Of a stretch of 64,000 nucleotides of DNA, positions 17,417 to 25,937 are shown in pieces (the first letter of the stretch is position 1; each line of letters starts with the position of its first letter). The notes beneath the pieces are model-generated. The model ran no database searches. It had not been told where the DNA came from and saw nothing but the letters and a program-made list of their open reading frames with translations. Source of the DNA: Enterobacter phage ZX14. Both the position numbers and the translations under genes were made by a program. The stretch lies in sequence record PP236086.1, one strand, 5' to 3'.

Positions 17417-18421
17417 TCTCATTTTAGCCATTAACCCCTGTTCGGTGTTCTTGTTCATGTAGTCAAGAATTTGTTCAGGGGTTGCTCCATCATCTTTAAT
17501 CATATCATTTATATCCTTCGAAGGCCATGGAGCCTTGTCCCAGAATAAAATCCTTTCACCTGCATTGACAAGTTTAGTCATACGTTTAATGGTATCAGGC
17601 TTTCGGGCTTCGTTATCCATCACCCAAACACGAGTCTCTTTAAATGGAACTATATTTAAGTCCATAGAGCCGCCTGTTATCGCGATAGAATTAGGTATGA
17701 ATAAACTATCAATAGGCCCTTCCATCACCCAGACACGTTTACGTTCATCAACTGTGTCGAGTCCATAGATTTTTGTTGCATCGTCGTGTGCTTTGATTGT
17801 GATGTATTTCTGTGGAGCATCTTTGCGTAGAGCTCGTCCTTGGAATGATTCGATGTCTTTGTTGCTGTTGAAGATAGGTATAACCAACCGCGGTTCATTC
17901 GTTTCATTACTGTACGTCCCAGGTTTCACAGAGTTAACAAGAGCAGGCCACTGCATAGTAAACCATAACCGATGCCATTGGTTCTCAGGAATGAACCTGG
18001 AACGAACATATTTGATTATAGGATGGTCTGGTTGTAATTTGTCAAGACGAGTACAATACTCTAATTTTTCGATAACAGGCATTTTTGCTTTAAATTTATC
18101 CGAAACTTCAACTTCTTTTCTTTCCGGCTTAGCAAAAGTCCTTTCTTTCCTTATCTCAAGAATGTATTCTCGATAAAGGTCCTCTTCAAATTCTTTCAAG
18201 TACTTACTCAACCATGCATCATATTCACAGTTAAAGCAATGAACACGTATTCCTGAATCTTTAGTAGGATAAGCCCAGAAACGAGCTTTATGCATGTCTT
18301 TTTGGGAGTCACCACAAACCTTACAACGACAGTTTAATTTGAAGTCGCTCCCGGTTACTTGTCTGAATTTAGGCTGATGAGATAAAGCCCTTAATGCAAA
18401 TTCACGGTCTACAAAACTCAT
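17393..18421 (-). CDS. 61: DNA primase gp61
   Basis: 342 aa (T4 gp61 is 342 aa). N-terminal zinc ribbon CRCKVCGDS...CFNCEYD and a TOPRIM core (VMEGPIDSLF, DNE). Confidence 0.9.
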   Translation of the reverse strand: MSFVDREFALRALSHQPKFRQVTGSDFKLNCRCKVCGDSQKDMHKARFWAYPTKDSGIRVHCFNCEYDAWLSKYLKEFEEDLYREYILEIRKERTFAKPERKEVEVSDKFKAKMPVIEKLEYCTRLDKLQPDHPIIKYVRSRFIPENQWHRLWFTMQWPALVNSVKPGTYSNETNEPRLVIPIFNSNKDIESFQGRALRKDAPQKYITIKAHDDATKIYGLDTVDERKRVWVMEGPIDSLFIPNSIAITGGSMDLNIVPFKETRVWVMDNEARKPDTIKRMTKLVNAGERILFWDKAPWPSKDINDMIKDDGATPEQILDYMNKNTEQGLMAKMRLSRYARS

Positions 18422-18466
18422 AATGGTCCTTAAACTAAAAAGGCTCTCGATATGAGAGCCATTATA

Positions 18467-18631
18467 TTATACTTCTTCGGACTTCTTAGATTTTTGCTTC
18501 TTAGCAGGGATTTGTTCGGGGCCTTTATTAACTACAGCGCCTGAAGTGGTTCCCGAGGCAATATTCTGAGGATTACCACCAGCATCACCTGCGACCATTT
18601 CTTCTTTTAAAAATTCTTCGTATGTTTTCAT
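18467..18631 (-). CDS. small protein, 54 aa, with capsid-targeting-sequence-like N-terminus MKTYEEFLKEE (not in ORF track)
   Basis: ATG at 18631 with a GGAGAG RBS. It is followed by the terminator hairpin ggctctc..gagagcc (18442-18460) plus a T-run. The N-terminus resembles the T4 internal-protein CTS MKTYQEFIAE. Confidence 0.3.
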   Translation of the reverse strand: MKTYEEFLKEEMVAGDAGGNPQNIASGTTSGAVVNKGPEQIPAKKQKSKKSEEV

Positions 18632-18674
18632 TTGCTCTCCTTAGAGCTATTTAACTAGTAAAAATATGTTTGCA

Positions 18675-18965
18675 TTACAAACCTATTAAATCACAATGGA
18701 TTCTTTCTAAAGAATCTTCAAATGCTTTACGATAAATTTCACGTAAAACAGCCATCCGGAAATACTTCTTCAACTTACGCATTTGGCGCTTAGTTGGTTT
18801 GGTCACGAACTCAAAGAATTCAACATGACCAAATGGAAGAGTGTTATCTCCAGCTTGGTCAATGATAACTTCCCAAGTTGCATATTCATCATAAGACTTC
18901 ATACGAAGCCCATTTGATAATACCACTGGAGCATAAAACATATGAATTTTCATCGGTTCATCCAC
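18675..18965 (-). CDS. hypothetical protein, 96 aa
   Basis: ORF in the 61-41 interval. Confidence 0.4.
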   Translation of the reverse strand: MDEPMKIHMFYAPVVLSNGLRMKSYDEYATWEVIIDQAGDNTLPFGHVEFFEFVTKPTKRQMRKLKKYFRMAVLREIYRKAFEDSLERIHCDLIGL

Positions 18966-19297
18966 GCATCAAAAATAGGGTCACCTGAGGACTTTTTAAA
19001 AGGCTTAATATCTTTGTAGGTCCAGCCTGCAGCAACAACTGTAGAATTTGCTTCAATATCAAACATTATGTCTTCGTCAATACCAGAATCATAAGCAGCA
19101 CTAATAGCGAAGTTCTTTAACGATCTATCCGTTAACTCAAAATTTTCGCACTCAACTAATCTAGGGTTTTCATGAGTCATCTTATGGGTCACTATACCTT
19201 GGTATGTTACCACTAGGGTACCAATCCAGATACCGTCGGCATCCCAAACCATCAGATGACGATTATCAGCATTATACTTTGATTTAAACATATACAT
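18950..19297 (-). CDS. hypothetical protein, 115 aa
   Basis: ORF in the 61-41 interval. Confidence 0.45.
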   Translation of the reverse strand: MYMFKSKYNADNRHLMVWDADGIWIGTLVVTYQGIVTHKMTHENPRLVECENFELTDRSLKNFAISAAYDSGIDEDIMFDIEANSTVVAAGWTYKDIKPFKKSSGDPIFDAWMNR

Positions 19298-19650
19298 TAT
19301 TCAGGGTCCACGAATTCTACAGCTTGTTGAGGGGTTTTGCCTTCACAGACAACCATTTGAATTGCAACTAAAGTATCTTTGAAGCTATAATCTTCGAAGG
19401 TCATTGCACGGTTTTTGTCAATATGAGGCACGATTGTTTCGACTGCAAAGGCTCTTACTTCAGGCTCATCGGCTTCTGCAGTAAAGATGCACTCAGGAGA
19501 ATTGTAACCAGTTTCCATCGTATCTGCTTTCGACGTTGATGGTATCAACTGGTCCATATAAGCCATAGCTTCGGCTTTTGTATCAGCCATCGCAGGTTGC
19601 ATCCCACACGCACTTAAAGCAAATACTAAAGCCAGGGTTAACCGTTTCAT
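19297..19650 (-). CDS. sp: spackle-like periplasmic protein (superinfection exclusion / gp5 lysozyme inhibitor)
   Basis: The signal peptide and mature N-terminus FALSACGMQPAMAD match T4 Sp FALASCAAQPAMAG. It sits between 61 and 41, as in T4. Confidence 0.6.
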   Translation of the reverse strand: MKRLTLALVFALSACGMQPAMADTKAEAMAYMDQLIPSTSKADTMETGYNSPECIFTAEADEPEVRAFAVETIVPHIDKNRAMTFEDYSFKDTLVAIQMVVCEGKTPQQAVEFVDPE

Positions 19651-19790
19651 TCTTCTTCTCCAAAGTCATAGTGGTTTTCGTAAAAACAATCTTGACAATA
19701 ATCACCGTCATCACCAAAACAAGTTTCATTTCGATGAACTTCATTTTCTGGTATCTTAACACCACAATCATCACATGTAAACTGTCTCAT
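19647..19790 (-). CDS. Cys-rich micro-protein, 47 aa (not in ORF track)
   Basis: MRQFTCDDCGVKIP...CFGDDGDYCQDCF: a two-CxxC zinc ribbon. ATGA overlap with the sp start. Confidence 0.3.
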   Translation of the reverse strand: MRQFTCDDCGVKIPENEVHRNETCFGDDGDYCQDCFYENHYDFGEEE

Positions 19791-19924
19791 TCTTCTCCTA
19801 AATATTCGTCATATTCTTCTTGTTCAAGTTCACATTCCATACAGATTGCGGTATTCGTATAGTCAAAAACCGCTAATTTTTCGTTTACAAGGTGTCCACA
19901 GATAGAGCATTTAACTTCTTCCAT
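19787..19924 (-). CDS. Cys-rich micro-protein, 45 aa (not in ORF track)
   Basis: MEEVKCSICGHLV...AICMECELE: CxxC...CxxC. ATGA overlap with the downstream micro-ORF. Confidence 0.3.
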   Translation of the reverse strand: MEEVKCSICGHLVNEKLAVFDYTNTAICMECELEQEEYDEYLGEE

Positions 19925-20227
19925 TTAGATTTCCTCGCAGAAGGCCCATTCGGCATGATAAACCGTAGCGCCTTTAGTGTCACTTAAGCAAACCACATCT
20001 ACCGGAGAAACTACACGATAGACAACTGGTTCTCCTCCGTATGAACGTGCAGCACGTCCAGCATAAATCTTTGCTAGTCCGATATCTTCGGTGAAGAATA
20101 CACGGTCTAAATTTTTCTTACGTCCTACTTCAGAAATTACTCCAGTATCGACAGGTGGACAAAGCATGTTTTTGATGTTTGCGTTAGTTGTCGAGCCATG
20201 ATAGTAAGTTTTCATTTTGTTCTCCAT
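19925..20227 (-). CDS. hypothetical protein, 100 aa
   Basis: ORF after the PeSL-like promoter at 20221-20270. Confidence 0.45.
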   Translation of the reverse strand: MENKMKTYYHGSTTNANIKNMLCPPVDTGVISEVGRKKNLDRVFFTEDIGLAKIYAGRAARSYGGEPVVYRVVSPVDVVCLSDTKGATVYHAEWAFCEEI

Positions 20228-20270
20228 GTTGGTACAAGACTATAATATCACGCCCTAAGGAGATGTAAAC
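20221..20270 (-). promoter_or_regulatory. early promoter (GTTTAC-17-TATTAT)
   Basis: rc of 20221-20270 gives GTTTACATCTCCTTAGGGCGTGATATTATAG. It has only a short IR (tctcc/ggaga). Confidence 0.5.
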
Positions 20271-20277
20271 CCCTAAA

Positions 20278-20293
20278 GGAGGCCGAAGCCTCC
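20278..20293 (-). terminator. UUCG-tetraloop hairpin after gene 41
   Basis: ggaggccgaagcctcc immediately downstream of the gp41 stop. The T-run is weak. Confidence 0.4.
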
Positions 20294-20295
20294 TC

Positions 20296-21738
20296 TTAGA
20301 ATTTTAACTGACCTGCAAGTTCATCAAGGTCACTTCGATTGACACGAGCCTGTCTGTTCGCTTCAGCCTGACGATTCATCTCGCCTGTGGCTTCACGTAC
20401 AGTAGAGATAGGTCCTTTAGGTCCACCTTCATCTTCTACTTCGACCCAACGTTGGTTGCCTTTCTTAACGCCAATCTTGAACTTATTATAGTAGTTCTTG
20501 TCACCATAACGTGACTTCAACTGTTTAATCATTTGAAGACCCATCTGTGCAAATTCTTCGGTCTCAACAATACCAAGCATGAAGTCTGCTGTATGTGCGA
20601 TACCAAATGATTCTGCGATGTCAGCCATATCGATTTCAGCTGAAACGTTAGCACCACGAGTTGTCTGTGCTGCAGTCCACATGACGATTTTCTTTTCTAC
20701 CGCCAGACCACGAAGTTCTTCAGCTACCATCTTAATCAAACCATAGCTGTTTTCAGAGAACACTTTAACGCGGCTTGAAGCACAAATAGCCAAGTAGTCA
20801 ACAATCACTACATCAGGAACAAAGCCTTGCTTAAGCTTATATTCGTTCAACAGTGCACGGAACGTATCAGCATTAGCACCACCAGTAGGATATTGCTTAA
20901 CTTTAAGCTTACCTAAAGTTTTATTCTGACGCCATTTATCCATCTTAGCTTTATATTCAGGCCAAGATACATGCCCTTCATCAAGGTCATCAAGTGTAAC
21001 ATCCAGAAGGTTGGCATCAATACGCTTGGCGCATACTTCTTCTGCCATCTCCATGGAGATATAAAGGACGTTTAGACCAGACTGAAGATAATCAGCAGCT
21101 AATGAACAAAGTCCAAGAGACTTACCTACGTTCGTCCCTGCCAACAGAATATTCAATGTACCGAACTCAACACCACCTTTAGTGATTTTGTTGAAAATAT
21201 TCAGACGGAATGGAACCTTATTTGCTTTATTCATGTATGTCTGGAAACGGGCTTCGCTATCTTCCATCCAGTCATGACCAAGCTGTGAGTCGAAACAAAT
21301 AGACAGTGCATCGCGCATTATATCTGGGATTGCACCAATACCTGGCAACTTACGGTTCTGTTCATGCGGTGGTAGGTCTGCATTAGTCTGGATTTCGATA
21401 ATCTTAGACGTCGCATTATACATTGCCGCTTTCTGAACATACTTTTCAGTTTCAGCTACTAACCAATCAAAATCTTCAGGACCTGCATTTAAATCAGAAA
21501 GAAGAGCTTTAGTTTCTTTATATTCGATTTCACCGATACTAGCATTGCTTAATGCAATATCTAATGCATTTTTAGAAGGAACTGAATTATATTCGTTTAC
21601 ATGAGCCTTTAACAATTTGAATAGGGTCTTTGCAGGACCCTGGTCAAAATAATCAGCATTCATATAAGGCCAGACACGGACAAAATAGTCCTTATTGCCT
21701 AGCAACTGTGCTAAAATTGTTTCTACCACTTCCACCAC
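20296..21738 (-). CDS. 41: replicative DNA helicase gp41 (DnaB-like)
   Basis: 480 aa (T4 gp41 is 475 aa). Walker A GTNVGKS and a RecA-like core. Synteny 61-41-40-uvsX. Confidence 0.9.
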   Translation of the reverse strand: MVEVVETILAQLLGNKDYFVRVWPYMNADYFDQGPAKTLFKLLKAHVNEYNSVPSKNALDIALSNASIGEIEYKETKALLSDLNAGPEDFDWLVAETEKYVQKAAMYNATSKIIEIQTNADLPPHEQNRKLPGIGAIPDIMRDALSICFDSQLGHDWMEDSEARFQTYMNKANKVPFRLNIFNKITKGGVEFGTLNILLAGTNVGKSLGLCSLAADYLQSGLNVLYISMEMAEEVCAKRIDANLLDVTLDDLDEGHVSWPEYKAKMDKWRQNKTLGKLKVKQYPTGGANADTFRALLNEYKLKQGFVPDVVIVDYLAICASSRVKVFSENSYGLIKMVAEELRGLAVEKKIVMWTAAQTTRGANVSAEIDMADIAESFGIAHTADFMLGIVETEEFAQMGLQMIKQLKSRYGDKNYYNKFKIGVKKGNQRWVEVEDEGGPKGPISTVREATGEMNRQAEANRQARVNRSDLDELAGQLKF

Positions 21739-22064
21739 CTTTTCTTCATATTAATTTCTTTAAGAGCTTCGTTAATTTGCATTGTAACACATTTTTCAAC
21801 ATGCTCTGCTAATTCGCCTTTACGCTCTTCGGAAGGAGTACCAAAATCTACGGTCACTTGACCTTTTGGAGAAATATCAATCTTTGTAACATAAACCATA
21901 TGGCTACTACCATCTGGGAGTGTTAACAAAATCTCCTGCATAACAGAACCCATGCTCTGTTTAATAATGTCTAAAGACTTCTCGTAATACTGAGGACCAC
22001 TAGGGCCCTCTTCGGTGTCTTTGACAAAGTTGTCCAGGTCGGACAGGTCTAAGTCATTACTCAT
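21723..22064 (-). CDS. 40: gp40-like head vertex assembly chaperone (by position), ~114 aa
   Basis: It lies between uvsX and 41 as in T4. Probable start MSNDLDLSDL. There is no strong motif, so the call rests on synteny and size. Confidence 0.45.
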   Translation of the reverse strand: MSNDLDLSDLDNFVKDTEEGPSGPQYYEKSLDIIKQSMGSVMQEILLTLPDGSSHMVYVTKIDISPKGQVTVDFGTPSEERKGELAEHVEKCVTMQINEALKEINMKKRWWKW

Positions 22065-23232
22065 TATCTTCTTCCATTTCGTCAAGAGCATTCTCAACAT
22101 CGGCTGCGGATGGTTTACCTTTCTTACCTAAGTCAGGAATTTTACTTGTCGCTTTAGCATTTAACAGGTCAGCAACAGCGTCATCAACTTCTTTAATAGA
22201 AGAGATTGCACCAAGTTTGTATTTGGTTTCGATTGCATCACGGAACGGTTTATGCTTAAACAGAGGACCCCAGAATTCAACATCATCTGTAGCCTTAGCA
22301 CGCCATGATTTTTCTTCCTGAACCATTTCACCGGTTTCTTCATCAAGGAATGAACGAGCATACCAGCCAGCTTTTGGTTTAACAACGAAACCGAGGTCTG
22401 TAGCTAGTTCAAGCAGACCACTGAATGGGTCAATACCACCTTTAAAGTTCACCGTAATCGGGAACGTGGATTTTTCTTGAACAGTACGAGACTTTTCAGC
22501 TTTCAGAGTGAAGTCATAACCAGTGAGTTCAGTGCCATCTTTAATCTGGCGTTTAGAGATATAGAATACCGTTGACGCAGAATAAAGAATACCAGTACCG
22601 CCACCCATGATTTCTTTAGGGTACATACCACCGATTTCCATTGCCGTATGGTTAATCGCTACGCACGGAATATCTTTAATAGTTAGATATGGCGTTACGA
22701 TACGGAACAGAGATTTCAGTGACTTAGCACGGGACATATCACCAACTTCTTTTTCGTCCAGAGCATCTTGTGTTTCTTTCTTAGATGCAGTGTTACCGAT
22801 GGAGTCGATGAAGATAATAACCTTTTCACCACGCTGGATTTCTTCCAGTTGGTTGGTCATATCAATTTTCAGCTTCTCTACTGACTGGATTGGCGTATGA
22901 ACCACTCGTTCCAGGTCTACACCCATTGAACGGAAGTAAGATTCGGAAGCACCAAATTCAGAGTCATAGAACAGACAAATTGCATCTGGATATTTCTTCA
23001 TATATGCGGCGACCATTGTCAAACCAAACAGAGTTTTAAAGTGTTTAGATGGCGCAGCGAAAATAGTCAGACCAGATTGTAAGCCAGTATTCAGACCACC
23101 ACCTAACGCAATGTTTAACATTGGGATACGAGTAGGGACTTCGTCACGACCGTTAAACAGTTTAGACTTAGTCAGATCAGCAGTCAGTTTAGTAGTAGAA
23201 GCTTTAATCAGGCGAGATTTTAAATCGGACAT
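22057..23232 (-). CDS. uvsX: UvsX recombinase (RecA-like)
   Basis: 391 aa (T4 UvsX is 391 aa). Walker A-like TIFAAPSKHFKT and the RecA fold. Confidence 0.9.
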   Translation of the reverse strand: MSDLKSRLIKASTTKLTADLTKSKLFNGRDEVPTRIPMLNIALGGGLNTGLQSGLTIFAAPSKHFKTLFGLTMVAAYMKKYPDAICLFYDSEFGASESYFRSMGVDLERVVHTPIQSVEKLKIDMTNQLEEIQRGEKVIIFIDSIGNTASKKETQDALDEKEVGDMSRAKSLKSLFRIVTPYLTIKDIPCVAINHTAMEIGGMYPKEIMGGGTGILYSASTVFYISKRQIKDGTELTGYDFTLKAEKSRTVQEKSTFPITVNFKGGIDPFSGLLELATDLGFVVKPKAGWYARSFLDEETGEMVQEEKSWRAKATDDVEFWGPLFKHKPFRDAIETKYKLGAISSIKEVDDAVADLLNAKATSKIPDLGKKGKPSAADVENALDEMEEDNE

Positions 23233-23414
23233 TATATTTTTCCATTGGTCACCATTATATTTTTCTCACAGTTAGATTAGAAGGTAATTATATCACTTTG
23301 GGTTTACAGCACGTTCTACACACGCCTTAGCCCATTTTTTATTATTTTGACGCTCAAAAAACAATAAAACAAATAGACCGCCTAGGCTAAGAAGACCTAG
23401 GCTAATAATAAAGA

Positions 23415-23966
23415 TTAACGGGCCCATTTGATAATCATCGTAATCAAAGCATTACGCTCGTTTGCATTAAAACTTTTAATCTTGTTGTTGCCGTAATGGT
23501 TCAGCAATTGATAGATATGAACATCATTTGTATCTGCAAACTCTTCGAACAATGAGATGACCTTATTGAAACCTTCTGCAGACAAAGAAATCAAGTCATC
23601 TTCAAAGTCTTCGGTCATTTCATTACGAGTCAGAATGATTGGCAGAACACTATTATGTGTACAAAGACGATGGAAGTCTTCTTCATACATATTAAGAACA
23701 GACTCTTTCTCTCGTCGAATCATGCCATAAACCCAGTTTGAAATATAACCACGGTCTAACAGATAAATCTTAGATGGGTCTAAGTATTTCAACATTGTTT
23801 CGAAACAAGCCACTTCATTTCGTGACTTGATATCGAACCGTCCTTCAGAAGTACGTTTTGGGAATTCAATCTTTACATAACGGTCAGAGATTTCACAGAT
23901 ATCGCGAATAAGAGATGTTTTACCTGCGTTATCTGCACCATCAACTAAAATAATTTTGGTTTTCAT
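23415..23966 (-). CDS. P-loop kinase, thymidylate/dNMP-kinase-like, 183 aa
   Basis: Walker A ILVDGADNAGKTS. LDRGYISNWVYG resembles the TMK DRY/lid region. It occupies the slot where T4 has beta-glucosyltransferase. Confidence 0.55.
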   Translation of the reverse strand: MKTKIILVDGADNAGKTSLIRDICEISDRYVKIEFPKRTSEGRFDIKSRNEVACFETMLKYLDPSKIYLLDRGYISNWVYGMIRREKESVLNMYEEDFHRLCTHNSVLPIILTRNEMTEDFEDDLISLSAEGFNKVISLFEEFADTNDVHIYQLLNHYGNNKIKSFNANERNALITMIIKWAR

Positions 23967-24862
23967 TCGTTAATTACCACGTCACTGTACATAGGAATAT
24001 TATACGGCGAAGAAATGAAAGCGCCAAAATAAATGAATTCTGCTAAACCAGGATGGAATACCTTTTCAGGGTTCTCGAAATACTGGATATGTGGTCTGCC
24101 TTTCAGTACTTGATAATATTCTGCTTTGGTCAGTTTAGTCAAACGAATCACAGCTTCTTCTGGATAATGACTACGGTCGAAACTATCATTAGGGTCTGTG
24201 ATATAAACCGGTTGCTGAGTTTGAATTGCACATTCAACCACTTGGTTGAAACGATAACATGGGTCACTGATACGGAATGGATGGAAGATACCATTCACAT
24301 GTACCGCTTCAAGACCCGCAGCGTAGCGCTCGATTACGCTAGGACGCACGACCTTTTGGTCTACAATAATCTTATAGTCATCAGCCCCGTGTTTAACCAG
24401 GACGTCCTTCTGACACTGATTCAATACTGTCGTATACTTACTACGATTTACTGATGCAACATCTTCTTCAATGAATTGGTCGATATAGAAAAGAGGCTTT
24501 TCTGGATTCATTGTGATGTTAAAGTTGAACCATACCGGATGACGACCCTTATAACCTGTGATATCTGTTACCAATCCAACAACATCATAATATTCTACTA
24601 ATGAGTCAACGACCCATTGGTTTTCTTCCCAGAAATGTTTACGAGTTTCGAAAGCATTTTCTTTATACCACAGAGGGATAAATTCGAACTCAGGGAACAA
24701 TTCACGAAGTTCATCTGCATCAGAAGCATTTTTAGGAATAGCGATAATATCGCCAGCACGAGCACGGTTCAAATGAAGCTGAAGATTGCCGTCCTTCAGA
24801 ACGGCATATTCACCAGTTTCATGAGACCGCATACTATAAATTGGTACGCGGAGATGAGGCAT
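23963..24862 (-). CDS. hypothetical protein, 299 aa (candidate hmC-modifying transferase by position)
   Basis: No recognisable motif. It lies immediately downstream of gp42, in place of T4 beta-gt, within the sugar-nucleotide gene cluster. Confidence 0.35.
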   Translation of the reverse strand: MPHLRVPIYSMRSHETGEYAVLKDGNLQLHLNRARAGDIIAIPKNASDADELRELFPEFEFIPLWYKENAFETRKHFWEENQWVVDSLVEYYDVVGLVTDITGYKGRHPVWFNFNITMNPEKPLFYIDQFIEEDVASVNRSKYTTVLNQCQKDVLVKHGADDYKIIVDQKVVRPSVIERYAAGLEAVHVNGIFHPFRISDPCYRFNQVVECAIQTQQPVYITDPNDSFDRSHYPEEAVIRLTKLTKAEYYQVLKGRPHIQYFENPEKVFHPGLAEFIYFGAFISSPYNIPMYSDVVINE

Positions 24863-25551
24863 TAGATAAAACCTTTCACATAATCAAAGTCACGCTCAAA
24901 TACATGAGCACTCACCATGGTGTGGGTATAATCACCCAGTTCAACACCACATTCTTTTGCAATGAATTCCATCAGTTTGCCTTGCAGATAGAAATCCAGC
25001 TGCATTACAATAGCACAGTTTTGTGACCGCATATGACAGTGAGTGTAAAGCTTACCTTCACGGATATAATACGTTACCGAGTCTGTACAAGGGTATTCAA
25101 GGGACTCGTCGCTATCTAAGAGCGCTTGGTCTTGTTCTTGGAGAATCTGGAACACAACACGTCTCGAGTTAGGCTTCTCTTTAAGCTCTTTAAGTAAGGC
25201 TGGGAGTTGGGCCACAATTCGAGGTCCATAGAAAGTGTTGAAGTTTGCAGGCAATACGTCACTTTTCGGCTTAGCAATGAACTTAGCAACATTTGGATAT
25301 TCCTTAAATGCTTCTTCTGCATCTGTACCGCCTGAAATCATGAACTGCCAGAATGCTTCAGCATATTCATAACTAATACGGTTGATACGTTCGTCTTTGA
25401 ATTTATAAGTGGATGGGTCTAATACACGAAGGGTCATTGAACCAATTTCATTACAACGGCCAATACGAGATTCAATTTCAAAATCAGGCAATTCAAGAAT
25501 CTTTTCGTTAGCCTGTTTAAATGCACTTTCAAAAGTAGAGCAAACAATCAT
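24862..25551 (-). CDS. 42: dCMP hydroxymethylase gp42 (thymidylate-synthase fold)
   Basis: The active-site region YPCTDSVTYYIREGKLYTHCHMRSQN aligns with T4 gp42 FMCTNTVQYLIRDKKINAVVNMRSND. 229 aa. Confidence 0.8.
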   Translation of the reverse strand: MIVCSTFESAFKQANEKILELPDFEIESRIGRCNEIGSMTLRVLDPSTYKFKDERINRISYEYAEAFWQFMISGGTDAEEAFKEYPNVAKFIAKPKSDVLPANFNTFYGPRIVAQLPALLKELKEKPNSRRVVFQILQEQDQALLDSDESLEYPCTDSVTYYIREGKLYTHCHMRSQNCAIVMQLDFYLQGKLMEFIAKECGVELGDYTHTMVSAHVFERDFDYVKGFI

Positions 25552-25553
25552 TT

Positions 25554-25937
25554 TTATACCTCTGGAATATATGGTTCGGCTTTATGCAACAAATTGTTTT
25601 GCATAAGCATTTTAAATGTTGCAGGTGACATTGCCTTATCATCAATAATCCAATCATATCTTGGTTTATGAGTCAGCAATTCATGGTACTTCAGTCCAAT
25701 CTTTTCCAGATTCTTAAGAAGTGGAGGTAATATTTCCGAAGCGATTCGGTCTGGTCCAACACTCTCCATACCACGTGCAGTATACAGGACAATTGTATTA
25801 CCTTCGTCATACAGCTTATTAATCATGGACACCATTTCGGTGTCCGGTACGAAGTTTTCGTAATCACGGCCATTATCCCAGACCGTGATAGTATTATCAA
25901 TATCAAAACATAAACGCATTATCGAATTCGTTCCCAT
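25554..25937 (-). CDS. HAD-superfamily phosphatase, 127 aa
   Basis: Motif I FDIDNTIT (DxDxT). A short HAD core like the GmhB/KdsC sugar-phosphate phosphatases. Confidence 0.6.
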   Translation of the reverse strand: MGTNSIMRLCFDIDNTITVWDNGRDYENFVPDTEMVSMINKLYDEGNTIVLYTARGMESVGPDRIASEILPPLLKNLEKIGLKYHELLTHKPRYDWIIDDKAMSPATFKMLMQNNLLHKAEPYIPEV

